64,000 nt of DNA from Octopus sinensis. Lineage: Eukaryota. Below the pieces are notes generated by a model. It saw only the letters and a program-made list of their open reading frames with translations. It was not told the origin of the DNA and searched no databases. Shown here piece after piece: positions 41,751 to 54,729 of this stretch. The stretch is taken from positions 41,602,001 through 41,666,000 of the forward strand of contig NC_043012.1 in the NCBI RefSeq assembly GCF_006345805.1. The letters run 5' to 3'. Position numbers and translations under genes: made by a program. Within the stretch, counting starts at the first letter, position 1; every line of letters begins with the position of its first letter.

Positions 41751-43312
41751 TAAGGTATGTAGAAAAATACAACATGGACAAGAACGTATAACTCTTAGAA
41801 GACGATACAATAAACATGGACAGGACATTCGAACCCCTCAGTCTTCAGTCAAGAACCGGATCATCGTAGTAATTTCGGCTGATTAATCTTGAGATTACTA
41901 GATCACGGCCAGCCCTCCAAGAAAAACTAAGCAACGAGCATTAGAAAAACTAAGCTGGAAGCGTAGATTTCCTGGAAGAAGGATCGAATGCATACGAACA
42001 CCAGGGCAGCAAAAGGGACAGATATAAAAAAAAAAAAAAAAAACAATAATGGAATACAGAAACATGAAATACAGAAGCATTAACGGTGAAAACAACAAGT
42101 GTCTTACGACTGATAACAAGCAAACAAATTTTTTCTCTGGCGCATTGGAAAAAGCCTTTATAGCGGCGGACGAAAAACAACGATGTTAACACGACGAGGG
42201 TCAGGAGCTGAAAGGCAGATTTCGGCCAACAGTCACGTGACAGAGAAGAGGGAAAAGAAAAGAAAGAGAAGCAAAGGAAGAGAGAGAGAGAAGGGGGACA
42301 AAACGCAACAAAGAGAGAGAAGAGAGAGAAAGAAGGAATCAGAGAGGAGAAGGGATGGGTGTCGAAGAATGACCTGTGAGTGCAGAGCGAGACAAAGAAA
42401 TAGGAGGGTAGTGGAAGACTAGACCAAAGGATCAGAGGAAAGAGAAGATGAGTAGAGAGAAAAGAGAGAGAGAGGGGGACAGATCAAGTAAAAATGAGAG
42501 AGAGAGAGAGACAAACAGAGAGTCGTACCAATTATTAAGAATATGTGTTCACATTAATGATAAGGGGGGTACGGGGCGCCTGGAATATATGTTAAGGTAT
42601 GTAGAAAAATACAACATGGACAAGAACGTATAACTCTTAGAAGACGATACAATAAACATGGACAGGACATTCGAACCCCTCAGTCTTCAGTCAAGAACCG
42701 GATCATCGTAGTAATTTCGGCTGATTAATCTTGAGATTACTAGATCACGGCCAGCCCTCCAAGAAAAACTAAGCAACGAGCATTAGAAAAACTAAGCTGG
42801 AAGCGTAGATTTCCTGGAAGAAGGATCGAATGCATACGAACACCAGGACAGCAAAAGGGACAGATATAAAAAAAACAACAAAAAACAATAATGGAATACA
42901 GAAACATGAAATACAGAAGCATTAACGGTGAAAACAACAAGTGTCTTACGACTGATAACAAGCAAACAAATTTTTTCTCTGGCGCATTGGAAAAAGCCTT
43001 TATAGCGGCGGACGAAAAACAACGATGTTAACACGACGAGGGTCAGGAGCTGAAAGGCAGATTTCGGCCAACAGTCACGTGACAGAGAAGAGGGAAAAGA
43101 AAAGAAATAGAAGCAAAGGAACAGAGAGAGAGAAGGGGGACAAAACGCAACAAAGAGAGAGAAGAGAGAGAAAGAAGGAATCAGAGAGGAGAAGGGATGG
43201 GTGTCGAAGAATGACCTGTGAGTGCAGAGCGAGACAAAGAAATAGGAGGGTAGTGGAAGACTAGACCAAAGGATCAGAGGAAAGAGAAGATGAGTAGAGA
43301 GAAAAGAGAGAG
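41751..43312. repeat. 842-bp tandem dimer (1.85 units) embedded in (TA)n; LTR-like interspersed repeat
   Basis: 'taaggtatgtagaaaaatac' at 41751 and 42593; copies differ by a few substitutions. Confidence 0.9.
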
Positions 43313-43422
43313 TATATATATATATATATATATATATATACCGAAGTAAACACATAAATGTGAAACGAGGTGGAAAAAAGAGTACTCAAATACCAGTGGT
43401 AGAGTGATATGCTTTAAATAAA

Positions 43423-43456
<34 letters not shown>

Positions 43457-43844
43457 ATATATATATATATGGCGTCTGTGCGTGTGTGTGCAGATGTGTG
43501 AGTGTGTGTGTGTATGTCTGTGTACATTCAATTATTAATTACATGACGTACACAGTTGAACCTGCCACTGTGTGTGTGGGTGTGCGTATGGATTGAGTGT
43601 GTCTGTTTATTTGATATATGATTTCGTAAACATTAATAGTGGTCGATATATGAGCTCAAGTGCTACTCCAAACATATCGATCAATTATTCATCGCTGTGT
43701 CAGAACGAAATCTGACAAGATATGTTTTTCTCCGGTCGGCCTCTCGAAAACCTCTAATCGGTTTTTGAAAGCCTCTTAACACACATTTATACACGCATGT
43801 ATGCTGACATATACCAATATAAAACGCTCTCTCCCACTCTCTCT

Positions 43845-43884
<40 letters not shown>

Positions 43885-44237
43885 ATGTCTCTTCACATCC
43901 ATTTCTCTGTCGTACAATCCAACAACCAAACAGAACCATCTTTCAGTAAGCATTTCAATGCTAATTACACAGTCCCAGTTCATTGAATATTAAAAGATGA
44001 GCTTCTGTCAGAGATGTCTCTGTTTCCTAGAGAGGTTATAATTCCCGTTTAATGATCAGTGAATGTTTTATAGTGTTTTATAGCAGCACAAATTAAAGAT
44101 TGAAAAATGTTGCAGAGAGAAGAAATTCAATAAATTGGAGTGTTCGCTTATATATTCAATTTCAAATTCATTGATATATAATCAAAGTATCTATAAGATA
44201 TTTGTGAGTTTATTTTCGCTATTGTGTAAGGGACTGA

Positions 44238-44395
44238 TTTTGTGAATTCTCCCTATATATATAGGGAGAATTCACAAAACGCAAACGACGAAGACAGGTG
44301 GTGTAGACAACAAACAGATGTATTACTATAACGCTCGGGAAGTGAAAAAGTCTTTAACGTTTCGAGCCTACGCTCTTCCGCAGAAAGGAACACAT
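44238..44395 (-). mobile_element. Penelope-like pLTR fragment with a minimal hammerhead motif and terminal palindrome
   Basis: Minus strand CUUU-CUGCGGA-A-GAGC(GUAG)GCUC-GAAACGUU-AAAG at 44352-44387; 42-bp perfect palindrome at 44238-44279. Confidence 0.65.
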
Positions 44396-44505
44396 GTATA
44401 TGTCATTGCTGCTGTTACTGCTTACTGCTGCTGCTGCGGCTACTGCAGCTGCTACTACAACTACTACTACTACTACTACTACTGCTGCTGCTGCTGTTGC
44501 TGCTT

Positions 44506-44564
<59 letters not shown>

Positions 44565-45225
44565 GCTACTGCTACAACTACAAAAACTTCGGTCCACCTA
44601 AAGAATTGTGAGTGGATCTCGTAGATGGAAACTGAAAGAATCCCATCTTTTATGTATATGCATATGTTTGTACCTGTGTGTATGTATGTATGTATGTATG
44701 TATGTATGTATGTATGTATGTACATACGTATGTATGTATGTATGTATGTATGTACGTAGTGGATATTATAGTCATTGTTATAATACTCTGAAAAGGCAGA
44801 GACCGTCTAGCGGAAACAACTGTCACCATATACCCGCTCCAGGATGAAGAGCGACCACGGTCAGCACACAAACACCAACTTAAACCCAACGATGGATTAG
44901 TCATGAATGGAACGGCCTTGCATTTGATCATTGGTCTGTCAATGAGAACAGCCTTAGGCTATAAGTAGGCGTACGCACTGGGAGGGGGGAGAGTACTGGA
45001 AAATCACGAGTGTGGGTTTGGCATGGAATGCACAGTTTCTGATACGGATCGATACGAAACGAATGAACGATCTGACGAATAAATATTCGATCAGCCTTAA
45101 GTTGAACCTGTGCAACGTGATTGCTTATGCCTTTGATCTGTGATCCGCTTTCACCTGTTTTGTGCGGAAGTCAATGTAGATGTTGCGGCATTCAGTACGT
45201 ATTATATGCAAGAGTCGATTGGGAG

Positions 45226-45245
45226 TAGTAATAATAGTAATAATT

Positions 45246-45285
<40 letters not shown>

Positions 45286-45487
45286 TGATAATAATAATAA
45301 TTAATAATAATAATAATAACAATAATAATAATTAATAACAATAATAATTAATAATAATAATAATTAATGATAATAATAATAATAATAACAATAATAATAA
45401 TAACAGTAATAATTATAATAATTATAATAATAGTAATAAAAATAATAATAATAATAATAATAATAATAATTAATAATAATAATAATA

Positions 45488-45518
<31 letters not shown>

Positions 45519-45698
45519 TAATAATAATACTATAATAATAATAACAATAATAGTAGCAATAATATTAATAATAATAATAATAAAATAATAATAATAAAAT
45601 AATAATATAATAATAATAATAATAATTAATAATAATAATAATTAATAATAATAATTAATAATAATAATAATAATAATAACAATAATAGTAGCAATAAT

Positions 45699-45733
<35 letters not shown>

Positions 45734-45749
45734 TAATAGTAGCAATAAT

Positions 45750-45780
<31 letters not shown>

Positions 45781-45827
45781 TAATAATAACAATAATAGTA
45801 GCAATAATATTAATAATAATAATAATA

Positions 45828-45865
<38 letters not shown>

Positions 45866-46082
45866 AATAATAACAATAAGAAGGAGGAAGAACAGGAAGG
45901 GGAGATGAAGGCGATTGAGGAGGAGGAGTGGGGAGAAAAAGAAGGAGGAGGAGTGGGGAGGAGGAGAAGAAGAAGAAGAAGAAGAAGAAGAAGAAGAAGA
46001 AGAAGAAGAAGAAGAAGAAGAAGAAGAAGAAGCAGAAGAAGAACAAGAAGAACAAGAAGAACAAGAAGAACAAGAACAAGAA
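45226..46082. repeat. Compound (AAT)n-(GAT)n-(GAG)n-(GAA)n microsatellite block
   Basis: Directly visible. Confidence 0.95.
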
Positions 46083-47291
46083 CTGACCAATTATTATATT
46101 GAAGTAAATAAGGTTGAATATTAATATCCAGCGGGGGACTATATCTTAATTAAACATGACTGTAGTGCAGGGCAGTTAGGGTGAGGTTGAGGTGCGCAGC
46201 TGGGTAGATAGGGAGTGGTTGGTTGTGTACGTACATGGCCGTTCTGCAACAAATTTAAGGATGAGAGATTAGTGACAGCACCAATGGATAATTAACGATT
46301 TGGTGCGGGCGGAATAAATGTGTGTAATCAAATATGGCGTGTGTTGTGAAGTGAAGGAGGATTTTAAATGAATAACAATATGGCTGTTTTAGTCGTTGTT
46401 GTTTTTAATTATTCATCTCCCCCCGCCACCTGCAACGGTTTAAACAGAATAAATGTTTTCAATCCGACTAGGATACAAAATTAAAACTAAATTTGTCAAC
46501 AACTCAGTTTTCGTAATAATCCTAAGGCATGTTACTCTCTTCTTCATTGTAAACTGACGAAATACTCAATTCTACTACGCCCCGTCGAGTTTTAAGTGCA
46601 GCACTGAACTACTCCATACTATAAGACATAATCGATACTTCATAAACTATAATTAAAAACATAATATGAGATTTTGATTAATAATGACTTTTTTTTCCTG
46701 GCGAATATTAATTTGAAATATAAGGAGAAAAATCACTACTAACTTCTTCCAAAATCGAACCAATTCCTTGTTAAATGTCTGTCAACTGTGCCACCGATTA
46801 CATTAATGAGGTGCAGTCATCGATAAATAATATTGTTTGTTCCTTACGACATAATTATTTCTATTTAGCTTTCTTTTAGGATTCACTACCTTAAAATATG
46901 GATTAGAAGCAGTGATCAGTCATGCGTAGAAATATAAACTTGTTACCAGTTATAATATGCTTCAGAAAAATTGAAACCCGTAAGACAACCAGTCACTGTA
47001 TTTTGCCATGGAGACTTCTTCCTGCTGCAAACAAACAGGTGTAAAGACGCCGAGTCAGTTCGAAGATCCCCCATCGGGAGCGACGATTGCATGCATTTTG
47101 AAGTAGTTATCTCCCCCACTGTACCGAACACACTGGCAAGGGAAGCATTAAATACAACCAATCATAAATCGCGAGCAAATTTACCTTGGAAATATGCTTT
47201 TCCTAAGTGATTTACGAATCTATATGGACGAAAGCAAATATACACATGACGCCTCACATTTGACTAAGAGAAATTTCCAAGATGTGGCTAC

Positions 47292-47334
<43 letters not shown>

Positions 47335-47823
47335 GAGTGGGGAGGAAGGAGTATATCTGCACTCGGCTGGTAGTTTTTATCACCTGAATCTACTTCAAAC
47401 TTTCAAGATATTTAAATTTGATCACAAGTGAATAGAAAGGATGCTGTGACGAGCATTACATCCGATAGCGTGTGCATCTGATGAAATATACGCACGTATA
47501 GTTCTTCAGACATCGACACAATCGATATGCCACACAATTGTCCCAATATATCTGGCGTCTGAAAAATCTGTTCATGAACACCCTGGGAAGATTTATTATG
47601 TTTAATTCAAAATCCTTAACATTACAAAGCAAATATTGAAATACTGTTAAAAGAATTTTAAATATATTAGTATAACTAACGGCAAAAATCTGAGACAAGT
47701 TTAACTAGTAAAAAGAAACGTATGATCTGCGTATCTGTAGCAACTTAAACACTTCCAAACGCTCATACGTGCATACATATATATATTATATATATATACA
47801 CACACACACACAACACCATATAC

Positions 47824-47864
<41 letters not shown>

Positions 47865-48164
47865 TATACTATATATATATAATTATATATATATATATAT
47901 CACACCCACACACAAATATATATTATATATATATATATATATAAATGTGTGTGTGTTGTGTGTGTGGTGTGTGTGTGTGTGTGTGTGTTATACGGGACTG
48001 TTGCTAGCAGTAACTAGGAGGTTTCGGCTACGCAAGCCATCGTCGACAACTGCACATGAAAACAAATACTAATAGATAGATAGATAGATAGATAGATATA
48101 GATTAATAGATAAAGATACAAATCTAACTACAGATGTTCTTTTTTATTCTTCCCTTTTTTTTAT

Positions 48165-48595
48165 TTGTATGTCATGTTGACTGCGACCATGCTGGAGCAC
48201 CGCCTTCAGTCGAAAACATTGACCCAAGGACTTATTCTTTGTAAGCCTAGTACTTATTCTATCAGTCTCTTAGCCGAACCGCTAAGTTACGGGAACATAA
48301 ACACACCAACATCGGTTGTCAAGAGATGTTGAGGGACAAACACACATACACACAAATATATATACACACACACATACACACACGTACGCACATACAAACA
48401 CACACTTTAATATATGTGTATATATATATACGACAGGCTTCTTTCAGTTTCCGTCTAATAAATCCATTCAGAAGGCTTTGGTCTGCCCGAGACTATCGTA
48501 GAAAACACTTGCTCAAGGTGCCACGTAGTAAGACTGAACTCCGAACCATGTGGTTGGTAAGAAAGGTATTTACCACACAGCCACTCCTGTGCCTA
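48165..48595 (-). mobile_element. Family B SINE, full length
   Basis: Reverse complement of 49727-50125. Confidence 0.88.
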
Positions 48596-48762
48596 TTGAT
48601 ATATAAACAGATATGAATAAACATTTATATACGAATATACATAAACATATATAGATAAACGTATAATAAGCATATATACATGTGTTATATATATATATAT
48701 ATATATATATGTATACATGAGTGTATATATAATATATATATATATAATATATATAATATATA

Positions 48763-48990
48763 AGGTTAATCCAAACGGGAAAACAGAAAAAACAACAACA
48801 CGTGGAACAATTACAGTATTATTATTATTAGGCGCTCAGGAAAATGGAAGAAGGAGGGTATGACGTTTCGAGCGGACCTCTTCGTCGGAAACATAGGAGA
48901 ACGAAAGATCCCGAGACGGGAGGACAGAGGAAAAAAAAATTGCAAGTAGTCTTCACGAGGTCACATACTGAAAAGACGGAAGTGGTAATA
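48763..48990 (-). mobile_element. Penelope-like pLTR fragment with a minimal hammerhead motif (U4C), inserted in (TA)n
   Basis: Minus strand CCGACGA-A-GAG(GUCCG)CUC-GAAACGUC at 48862-48888; (TA)n on both sides. Confidence 0.6.
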
Positions 48991-49565
48991 TATATATATA
49001 TATATATATAATTATATATATAAAGGATATATGTATTTATGTAAACATATATTGTATATGCATGATTCTCTGCATATATGCGTGAGTATATGTAGTTGTT
49101 TGCATAGACATACATACATGCACCCAACTAGATATAAATGCATATATACACTTGTGAATTTCTGCCCAGATATGTTACTTCCGACGCTTACCTATCTACA
49201 ACAGTCTACTCGGCTACTCAGGGGCTATTTTCATCAATATTTCGGTCTGTGTCGGGTAGTCTAGGCTTCAATGACATACTTTGTTTCCTTTGCTTGGCAG
49301 AAGAATTATAATATTAAAAATTGATTTACTGTTGTGTTTTGCTTCGCTGCATAATTATCTTTAGTTAGTATTCTAATTGCTGACGAGCAGAAAACATGAT
49401 AGCACTGCAGAAGACATATATACGCGTTTGTGTGTGTGTGTGTTTGTGTGTGTGCTCGTGTATATTCGTAGGTATTATGTGTGGTGTGTGTGTATATATA
49501 TATATATATATCTATATATATATATACACATGTATATATATGTGTATATATATATATATATTCAT

Positions 49566-49633
<68 letters not shown>

Positions 49634-49726
49634 GTATATATATACATACATGTATATATATGTGGCTGTATATATGTATATATATATGTGGCTGTATATA
49701 TGTATATATATACATGTATATATATA

Positions 49727-50125
49727 GGCGCAGGAGTGGCTGTGTGGTAAGTAGCTTGTTTACCAACCACATGGTTTCTGGGTTCAGTCCCACTGCGTGG
49801 CACCTTGGACAAGTGTCTTCTACTATAGCCTCGGGCCAACCAAAGCCTTGTGAGTGGATTTGGTAGACGGAAACTGAAATAAGCCCGTCGTATATATGTA
49901 TATATATATATGTATATGCGTGTCTGTGTTTGTCCCCCCAGCATTGCTTGACAACCGATGCTGGTGTGTTTATGTCCCCGTTACTTAGCGGTTCGGCAAA
50001 AGAGACCGATAGAATAAGTACTGGGCTTACAAAAGAATAAGTCCCGGGGCTCGAGTTGCTCGATTAAAAGGCGGTGCTCCAGCATGGCCGCAGTCAAATG
50101 ACTGAAACAAGGTAAAAAAAAATAA
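49727..50125 (+). mobile_element. Family B SINE, full length
   Basis: tRNA-like head GGCGCAGGAGTGGCTGTGTGGTAAG...GGGTTCAGTCCC, internal (TA)/(TG) tract, 3' core and tail. Confidence 0.9.
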
Positions 50126-50169
50126 TAAAAAATATATATATATATTATATATATATATATATATATCCA

Positions 50170-50345
50170 ATTTATAAATGAGGGCAAAGGAAAAGATTTC
50201 TAATGCAAATATGCCGAAAAATTGGACATATTGTCCATTACCATATAATTTTTTCACAATACGCACGCTACTTATATGGTCAATGGACAATATGTCCAAT
50301 TTTTCGGCATATTTGGCATTAGAAATTTTTTCCTTTGCCCTCAAT
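50170..50345. repeat. MITE-like inverted repeat (arms about 68 bp, spacer about 25 bp)
   Basis: GAGGGCAAAGG...ATTGTCCATT-ACCATATA mirrored by TATATGGT-CAATGGACAAT...CCTTTGCCCTC. Confidence 0.85.
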
Positions 50346-50459
50346 TTATGAATTTTTATAAATTTGACCGTTTAATGTATTTTTTAATATGCTGGCCATT
50401 GATAAAATTTTTTTGGAGAATATTTTTTTTCGAAAAGAATCTATCCTCATATTTGATAT

Positions 50460-50492
<33 letters not shown>

Positions 50493-50513
50493 TATAATTT
50501 TTTATATAGAAGG

Positions 50514-50564
50514 AGCTTCTACAGGACTAGAACTGTTTTATTCAAGAGAAATCATCAGGAAGCT
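50514..50564 (-). ncRNA. Type I hammerhead motif with G12A change (likely inactive)
   Basis: Mirror image of 54349-54399, but reads GAAU-AAAAC instead of GAAU-GAAAC (position 50539). Confidence 0.75.
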
Positions 50565-51034
50565 AGTTAACAAGAATTGCATTGGCATTATACATTTAGC
50601 AGGTTTAAAGGGGTGGTGGTGGGGGACTTTTGGGGGTAGGCATAGCGCAAAATTATTTACTTGGGGGAGTGGTCAAGGAGTCAGTGTTAATTAGAAAAAG
50701 AATAAATAAAAGAATAAAAAAATATATAGAAGAATAGAGTTTTAGGTAAATAAGGAGATTCTCACTTATACATATACACATATGTATATATATACACACA
50801 CAAACACACATATATACATACACACATACATACACACACACACAAATAATATACATATATATACATACACATATATACATATATATGCTATACATTTACA
50901 CACACACATGTAATAACACACCCGACCACACATACATATACACACAAATTATATACATACACACACCACATCACATACACACATACACACACATATCCAC
51001 ATACACACATGCACACACAAGTCCCTATATACAC

Positions 51035-51072
<38 letters not shown>

Positions 51073-51526
51073 TACATATATATACATATGTGTACCTATA
51101 CATACCTACACATACACACATATACATACAAATACAAGCCCATTCCCTAATTTTAATTTTATTATCTTCATTTATTACTTTTGTTATCTTTGACCGCTGG
51201 TCACAAGCATCTTGGCTACGACAGCAAGTCCATTTATCCTTCTACTTGAACAAAAGCACTCACTCACGCACGCACACTCATTAGCACGCACACTCACTCA
51301 TTCGTACACTCATACACATACACGCACGCACGCGTTATATTCATACATACATACATCTACATATATATATATATATATATATACGTATATATACATACAT
51401 ACATACACCCATACATACATACATATATACACATACACACACCCACACATATACATATACATACATATACGCGCTTACATACACATACATATACATACAT
51501 ATACACATACCCATATATGTATACTC

Positions 51527-51557
<31 letters not shown>

Positions 51558-51921
51558 CATACATGTACATACATACATATACATATATACACACACACAT
51601 ACATACACATATACACATACACACACATACACATATACATGCGTACCCATACACACACACACGCGCGCACATCCATATATACACATAAGTACACACATGC
51701 GTAAAAGTATACATATATCTATACATATGCTTACATACACTACACACATACGCGCGCCTCCTTATGTTCATATACTTACATGCATACTAAAAAAATAAAT
51801 AATAAAATATATATACGTGCAGTTATTCATATACTACATGCATACTCAAAAAATAAATAATAATATTAGTATATATCGTGCAGTTACCTATTATACAGAC
51901 GGGATACATACATATAAATTT

Positions 51922-51978
<57 letters not shown>

Positions 51979-52110
51979 CTACACATATGTCATATACATA
52001 CACACATCGTAACTCTACGTACCTACATATACATAAACACACGAGCGTACACGTATATGTACATATACACATACACCTACACACACATACATACATACAT
52101 ATACATACAC

Positions 52111-52159
<49 letters not shown>

Positions 52160-52813
52160 ATGTATATTGTATATGTATGTGTGTGTATGTGTATGTGTAT
52201 ATGTACATATACGTGTACGCTCGTTGTTTATGTATATGTAGGTTACGTAGAGTTATGTGTGTGTAGTATAGTACATATGTGTAGGTATGTATATATATAT
52301 ATATATATATATGTGTGTTTGTAATTTATATGTATGTATCCGTCTGTATAATAGGTAACTGCCCGTATATATACTTAATATTTATATTTATTTTTTGAGT
52401 ATGCATGTATGTATATGAATAACTGCACGTATATATATTTTATTATTTATTTTTTGAGTATGCATGTAAGTATATGAACATAAGGAGGCGCGTGTGGTGT
52501 TGTGTGTAGGTTTAAGCAATATGTATAGAATATGTATACTTTTACGCATGTGTGTACTTATGTGTATATATGGATGCGCGCGTGTGTGTTTGTATGGGTA
52601 CGCATGTATATGTGTATGTGTGTGTATGTGTATATGTGCATGTATGTGTGTGTGTATATATTTATGTATGTATGTACATGTATGTATGTGTATATATGTA
52701 TATATATTATATATATATATATATATATTGAGTATATATATATGTGTATGTGTATATGTATGTATATGTATGTGTATGTATATGTACATATGTGTAGGTA
52801 TGTATATATATAT

Positions 52814-52846
<33 letters not shown>

Positions 52847-54139
52847 AAATTTATATGTATGTATCCGTCTGTATAATAGGTAACTGCACGTATATATACT
52901 TAATATTTATTATTTATTTTTTGAGTATGCATGTATGTATATGAATAACTGCACGTATATATATTTTATTATTTATTTTTTGAGTATGCATGTAAGTATA
53001 TGAACATAAGGAGGCGCGCGTGTGTGTGTAGGTGTAAGCATATGTATAGATATATGTATACTTTTACGCATGTGTGTACTTATGTGTATATATGGATGTG
53101 CGCGCGTGTGTGTGTGTGTATGGGTACGCATGTATATGTGTATGTGTGTGTATGTGTATATGTGTATGTATGTGTGTGTGTATATATGTATATGTATGTA
53201 TGTACATGTATGTATGTATATATATATAATATATATATATATGAGTATATATATATGTGTATGTGTATATGTATGTATATGTATGTGTACGTATGCGCGT
53301 ATATGTATGTATATGTATATGTGTGGGTGTGTGTATGTGTATATATGTATGTATGGGTGTATGTATGTAATATACGTATATATATATATATATATAGTAT
53401 GTATTTGTATGTAGTTGTATATGTATGTGTGTATATATATTTATGGTGTTATGTATGGACTAGTCTTTCTAAGCGTGTAGACAGAATCTGTAGGTACGCG
53501 TACGTATGTGTATATATGTAAATGTATGTAGAAGTATGTATGTATGAATATAACGCGTGCGTGCGTGTATGTATGAGTGTACGAATGAGTGAGTGTGCGT
53601 GCTAATGAGTGTGCGTGCGTGAGTGAGTGCTTGTGTTCAAGTAGAAGGATAATCGGACTTGCTGTCGTAGCCAAGATGCTTGTGACCAGCGGTCAAAGAT
53701 AACAAAAGTAATAAATGAAGATATAAAATTAAAATTAGGGAATGGGTTTGTATTTGTATGTATATGTGTGTATGTGTAGGTATGTATAGGTACACATATG
53801 TATATATTATTATGTATATATGATATATATATATGTATATATGTGTATATAGGGACTTGTGTGGTGCATGTGTGTATGTGGATATGTGTGGGTATGTGTG
53901 TATGTGTATGTGTGTGTATGTATATAATTTTGTGTGTATATGTATGTGTGGTCGTGTGTGTATATATACATGTGTGTGTGTAAATGTATATGCATATATA
54001 TGTAAATATATATATATATATATATGTATATATGTGTATGTATATATATATGTATATATATATATGCGTGTATGTGTATGTATGTGTGTATGTATATGTG
54101 TGTGTGTGTGTATATATATATACATATGTGTATATGTAT

Positions 54140-54482
54140 AAGTGAGAATCTCCTTATTTACCTAAAACTCTATTCTTCTATATATTTTTTTATTCTTTTA
54201 TTTATTCTTTTATCTAATTTCACTGACTGTCCTTGACCACTCCCCCAAGTAAGATAATTTTGCGCTATGCCTACCCCCCAAAAGTCCCCCACCACCACCC
54301 CTTTAAACCTGCCTAAATGTATAAATGCCAATACAATTCTTGTTAACTAGCTTCCTGATGATTTCTCTTGAATGAAACAGTTCTAGTCCTGTAGAAGCTC
54401 CTTCTATATAATAAATTAATTTTACTCTGCTATGTATTGAGTACCTTATTTACTGTGGTTAACCCCGAATCAACCCGGGACC

Positions 54483-54483
<1 letters not shown>
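54140..54483 (+). mobile_element. Penelope-like pLTR
   Basis: Carries a canonical type I hammerhead with TATAAA upstream at about 54320; ends in (TA)n. No RT or GIY-YIG ORF is recognisable. Confidence 0.65.
54349..54399 (+). ncRNA. Canonical type I hammerhead ribozyme
   Basis: Stem I AGCUUC/GAAGCU (6 bp); core CUGAUGA (54355-61); stem II U-UUC(UCUU)GAA-U; GAAA (54374-77); stem III ACAG/CUGU; GUA triplet, with cleavage predicted after 54393. Confidence 0.85.
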
Positions 54484-54541
<58 letters not shown>

Positions 54542-54643
54542 AAGTGTATGTATGTAGGAATACATATTGAGTGACAGAGGGAGGACAAGGGAGCAAGACA
54601 AACTGCCAGTAGAATAGATAGAGAGGAAGAGAGAGAGAGAGAC

Positions 54644-54729
<86 letters not shown>

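Larger units (their letters stand above)
50497..54410. repeat. Imperfect palindrome of about 3.9 kb centred on (TA)n at about 52114-52140
   Basis: Unique anchors are mirrored: 50497-50770 vs 54140-54410; 51130-51310 vs 53590-53760; 51640-51930 vs 52840-53130 (and 52320-52620); 52000-52060 vs 52200-52260. Confidence 0.9.

Noticed and set aside
41821-41850. Minus-strand CUGAAGA...GAAUGUC hammerhead-like string in the 842-bp unit
   Set aside because: Stems I and II cannot pair and A15.1 is missing.
46090-47260. Unique non-repetitive stretches with homeodomain-like TAAT/ATTA and CCAAT motifs, possible enhancers
   Set aside because: Such motifs are expected by chance in AT-rich DNA, and no conservation data are available.
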